From Eledone cirrhosa (taxonomy: Eukaryota): DNA of 64,000 nucleotides. Every line of letters starts with the position of its first letter. Position 1 is the stretch's first letter. Below are positions 61,475-64,000 of the stretch, piece after piece. The DNA is taken from contig OZ024742.1 of the NCBI GenBank assembly GCA_964016885.1, positions 110,422,001 through 110,486,000 of the forward strand, written 5' to 3'. The notes beneath the pieces are model-generated. The model worked only from the letters and a program-made list of their open reading frames with translations. It was not told where the DNA came from and searched no databases. A program made the position numbers and the translations under genes.

Positions 61475-63669
61475 ATGGCGACTATACAAGCTGGATGTTT
61501 GAATGTACGTGGCCTGGGGATGTCCTGGAAACAGGGTCAGCTTTTAAATGATCTCAGGTCACATTGTATAGATGTGATAGCCATCACTGAGTCCAGAATT
61601 CACGACAAGCAGCAGCTAACCCCCATGTTCGATGATTTTGAGATCTACGCATCTCTCTGTCAGCCAGGAGGTGGAGGGGGAGTTGCGGTTCTGTTTCGAA
61701 AAAACTTGGATCTCAAAATACAGACGATTCACTTGGACCCGGAGGGCAGCCTGGTGGTCCTGGACGTGAATGGTAGTGAAGGTGGAGCTTTCAGACTGGT
61801 GGCCCTATATGCCCCGACTGGGACATCGCGACAAGAGTTCTTCAAGCGTCTGGAGCCATTCCTGGGAACGTCTCGCTCCTTAGTGTTAGCGGGGGACTGG
61901 AATGGCATCTTAGACGCACATTGGGACTATGTAGGAACTTGTGATAATAGAGGGGGGTGGGGGGGGGGGGGGTGTAATAGCCTCAAAAATCTCATCAGCC
62001 AATTCTAACTGGCTGATAGATATCGACTAGACTTCCCAAGTGCATCACTGTGGACGTGGAGCAACCACACTGGGTCTTCTAGATCGTATTTAGATATATT
62101 TTTAATTAGACAGAATGATAAGGAAACATTAAGCTGTCCACAAATGCATATGGTTGCCTATTCAGAACACAAATTAGTCACCTGCGTAGTCAACCTTGAT
62201 AGAACACATAGACAGGGACCCGGATACTGGAAGCTAAACATGTTGCTCCCGGCGCGTAAGACCTACAGTAAACGGATTAGCACCTTAGTTAAGTGCCAGT
62301 TGACGGGAGCGATCGTCAACAACAGGTGGTGGAGCTCTCTAAAGAGAGCAATTAGAATAGAATCAATAGCATTTAGCAAGGAAGTAGCTTTAGAAAAAAA
62401 CAAAACTGAAAAGGAACTGGTAGCTAAAATAGAAGAGGCACTTAGGAATGGCAGTACAGCTGATGTGCTAGCGGCGAGAACGGCACTAGACCAGTTCTTC
62501 AACGTGAAACACGAAGGTTGTATCGTCAGAAGTAGAACACGTGCTCTAAGAAACGAGGGAGCCAAAGATGTTAGCTGGGCCCGAGTGGCAGAGGCGAAAA
62601 GTGGCAACAAATCCACAATTCGGTCTTTGGAAGACAAAGATGGACGCATTATACTTGAATCCAAGCAGATGTGCGCGGCCTTCTAGCAGCATTTTGCACA
62701 ACTGTTCGGGCAAAGCGGTACATCGAGCGACTCTACAGCACGTACCGCGACTCTACAGCACGGATGCGGAGAGCTGCGAAAAGCTGATCACAGCGGGAGA
62801 AATAGAAGATGCCCTAGGCCGCTGCGGGCAACGCAAATTACCCGGTTTAGATGGTCTACCCTATGAGTTTTACATAGGCATGCCGGACTTGTTCTCTGGC
62901 GTCCTCGAAGCGGTCTACTGCAACTCAGAACAGGAGGATTCCCAGTTTTGTAGGCAGAGGCGTAGTAACGCTGATCAGGAAAGATGAGAACAAGGGGGAT
63001 GAGATAAGCAATTTCAGGCCCATAACTCTGCTCAACACAGAGTTAAATATTTTGGCCAAGGTGTTAGCAGCAAGGCTGGCGCTTGTCGTCGAGAACCTGG
63101 TAGGGGAAGCCCAAACGTGTGCAATCCCGACCAGGTCCATACACGATAACCTCCATCATAGAGAGATACATCATAGAGAGGGTAGGGTATAAACCTGGCT
63201 TTGGTGGGGCTCTGATCAATTTAGATCAGTCTAAGGCATTTGATAGGGTCGACCATTAATACTTGGAAGCAGTTCTCAAGGCGGCCGGCTTCGGTCCCAT
63301 CTTCAGAGGCTGGATCGCTGCAATGCACACCACCATCTGCTCGGCAGTCAAGGTGAATGGCTAGCTATCAGAGCCATTCCAAATCATGCGTTCCATCCGC
63401 CAGGGATGCCCTCTCTACTCCATTCTGTATGTACAGACTCTCGAGCCGTTACTGCTGAAATTGGAGCTGTTGCAGGGCATTCCGATCAAACCAGGACTTC
63501 GGAAAGCAGCGTCAGCCCATGCCGACGACATAACCGTAATGGTGTCGAAAACCTCCGAAATCAGGGTAATCGGCAACCTATTACAGGAATACGAAACGTT
63601 GACAGGAGCAAGACTAAACCCAAACAAGTCTGTCGGTTTGCAACACGGCACATGGAGAGGCAAACCCAT
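61475..63669 (+). pseudogene. L1/Tx1 ORF2 (APE + partial RT), disrupted and 3'-truncated by an inversion
   Basis: AGCLNVRGL, LAGDWN, GPGYWKLN, PGLDGLPYEFY, RQGCPL, AHADDI. Confidence 0.9.
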
Positions 63670-64000
63670 GATTTCCGAGGTTTTCGACACCATTACGGTT
63701 ATGTCGTGGGCATAGGCCGACGCTGCTTTCCGCAGTCCTGGTTCGATCGGGATGCCCTGCAACAGCTCCAATTTCCGCAGTAAATGCTCGAGTGTCAGTA
63801 CATACAGAATGGAGTAGAGATGGCATCCCTGACGGATGGAACGCATGATTTGGAATGACACTGATAGGTAGCCATTCACCTTGACTGCCGAGCAGATGGT
63901 GGTGTGCATTGCAGCGATCCAGCCTCTGAAGACGTGACCAAAGCCAGCCGCCTTGAGAACTGCTTCCAAGTATTGATGGTCGACCCTATCAAATGCCTTA
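63669..64000 (-). repeat. Inverted duplicate of LINE RT segment about 63232-63561, running off the window
   Basis: Reverse-complement match with scattered mismatches; minus-strand ORF 63415-63969. Confidence 0.88.

Overview
AT-rich eukaryotic non-genic DNA; the abundant (TA)n/(CA)n runs and the SINE types suggest an invertebrate, possibly a cephalopod (inference). No host protein-coding gene is supported, and the many [11 protein letters not shown] ORFs are microsatellite artefacts. The window is a nest of retroelements inserted into (TA)n runs. It holds about 10 Penelope-like element (PLE) coding copies (RT + C-terminal GIY-YIG) of at least three types, many solo or inverted pseudo-LTR (pLTR) fragments, a cluster of L1/Tx1-type LINEs (54.2-64 kb), RTE fragments and SINEs. 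Manual reading of both strands gives about 35 type I hammerhead ribozymes (HHRs) from about 18 sequence families, including U3-A8 covariant cores, CCGA cores and long stem II forms. Two non-coding tandem-repeat families (593 bp and 467 bp units) carry one HHR per unit and look like retrozymes. One short element has two different HHRs in series, and several palindromes are built from back-to-back HHRs. Across unrelated families a conserved ACTC..GAGT tail hairpin marks where the inverted arm of an insertion begins. All ribozyme calls are by-eye folds, not computed or tested.
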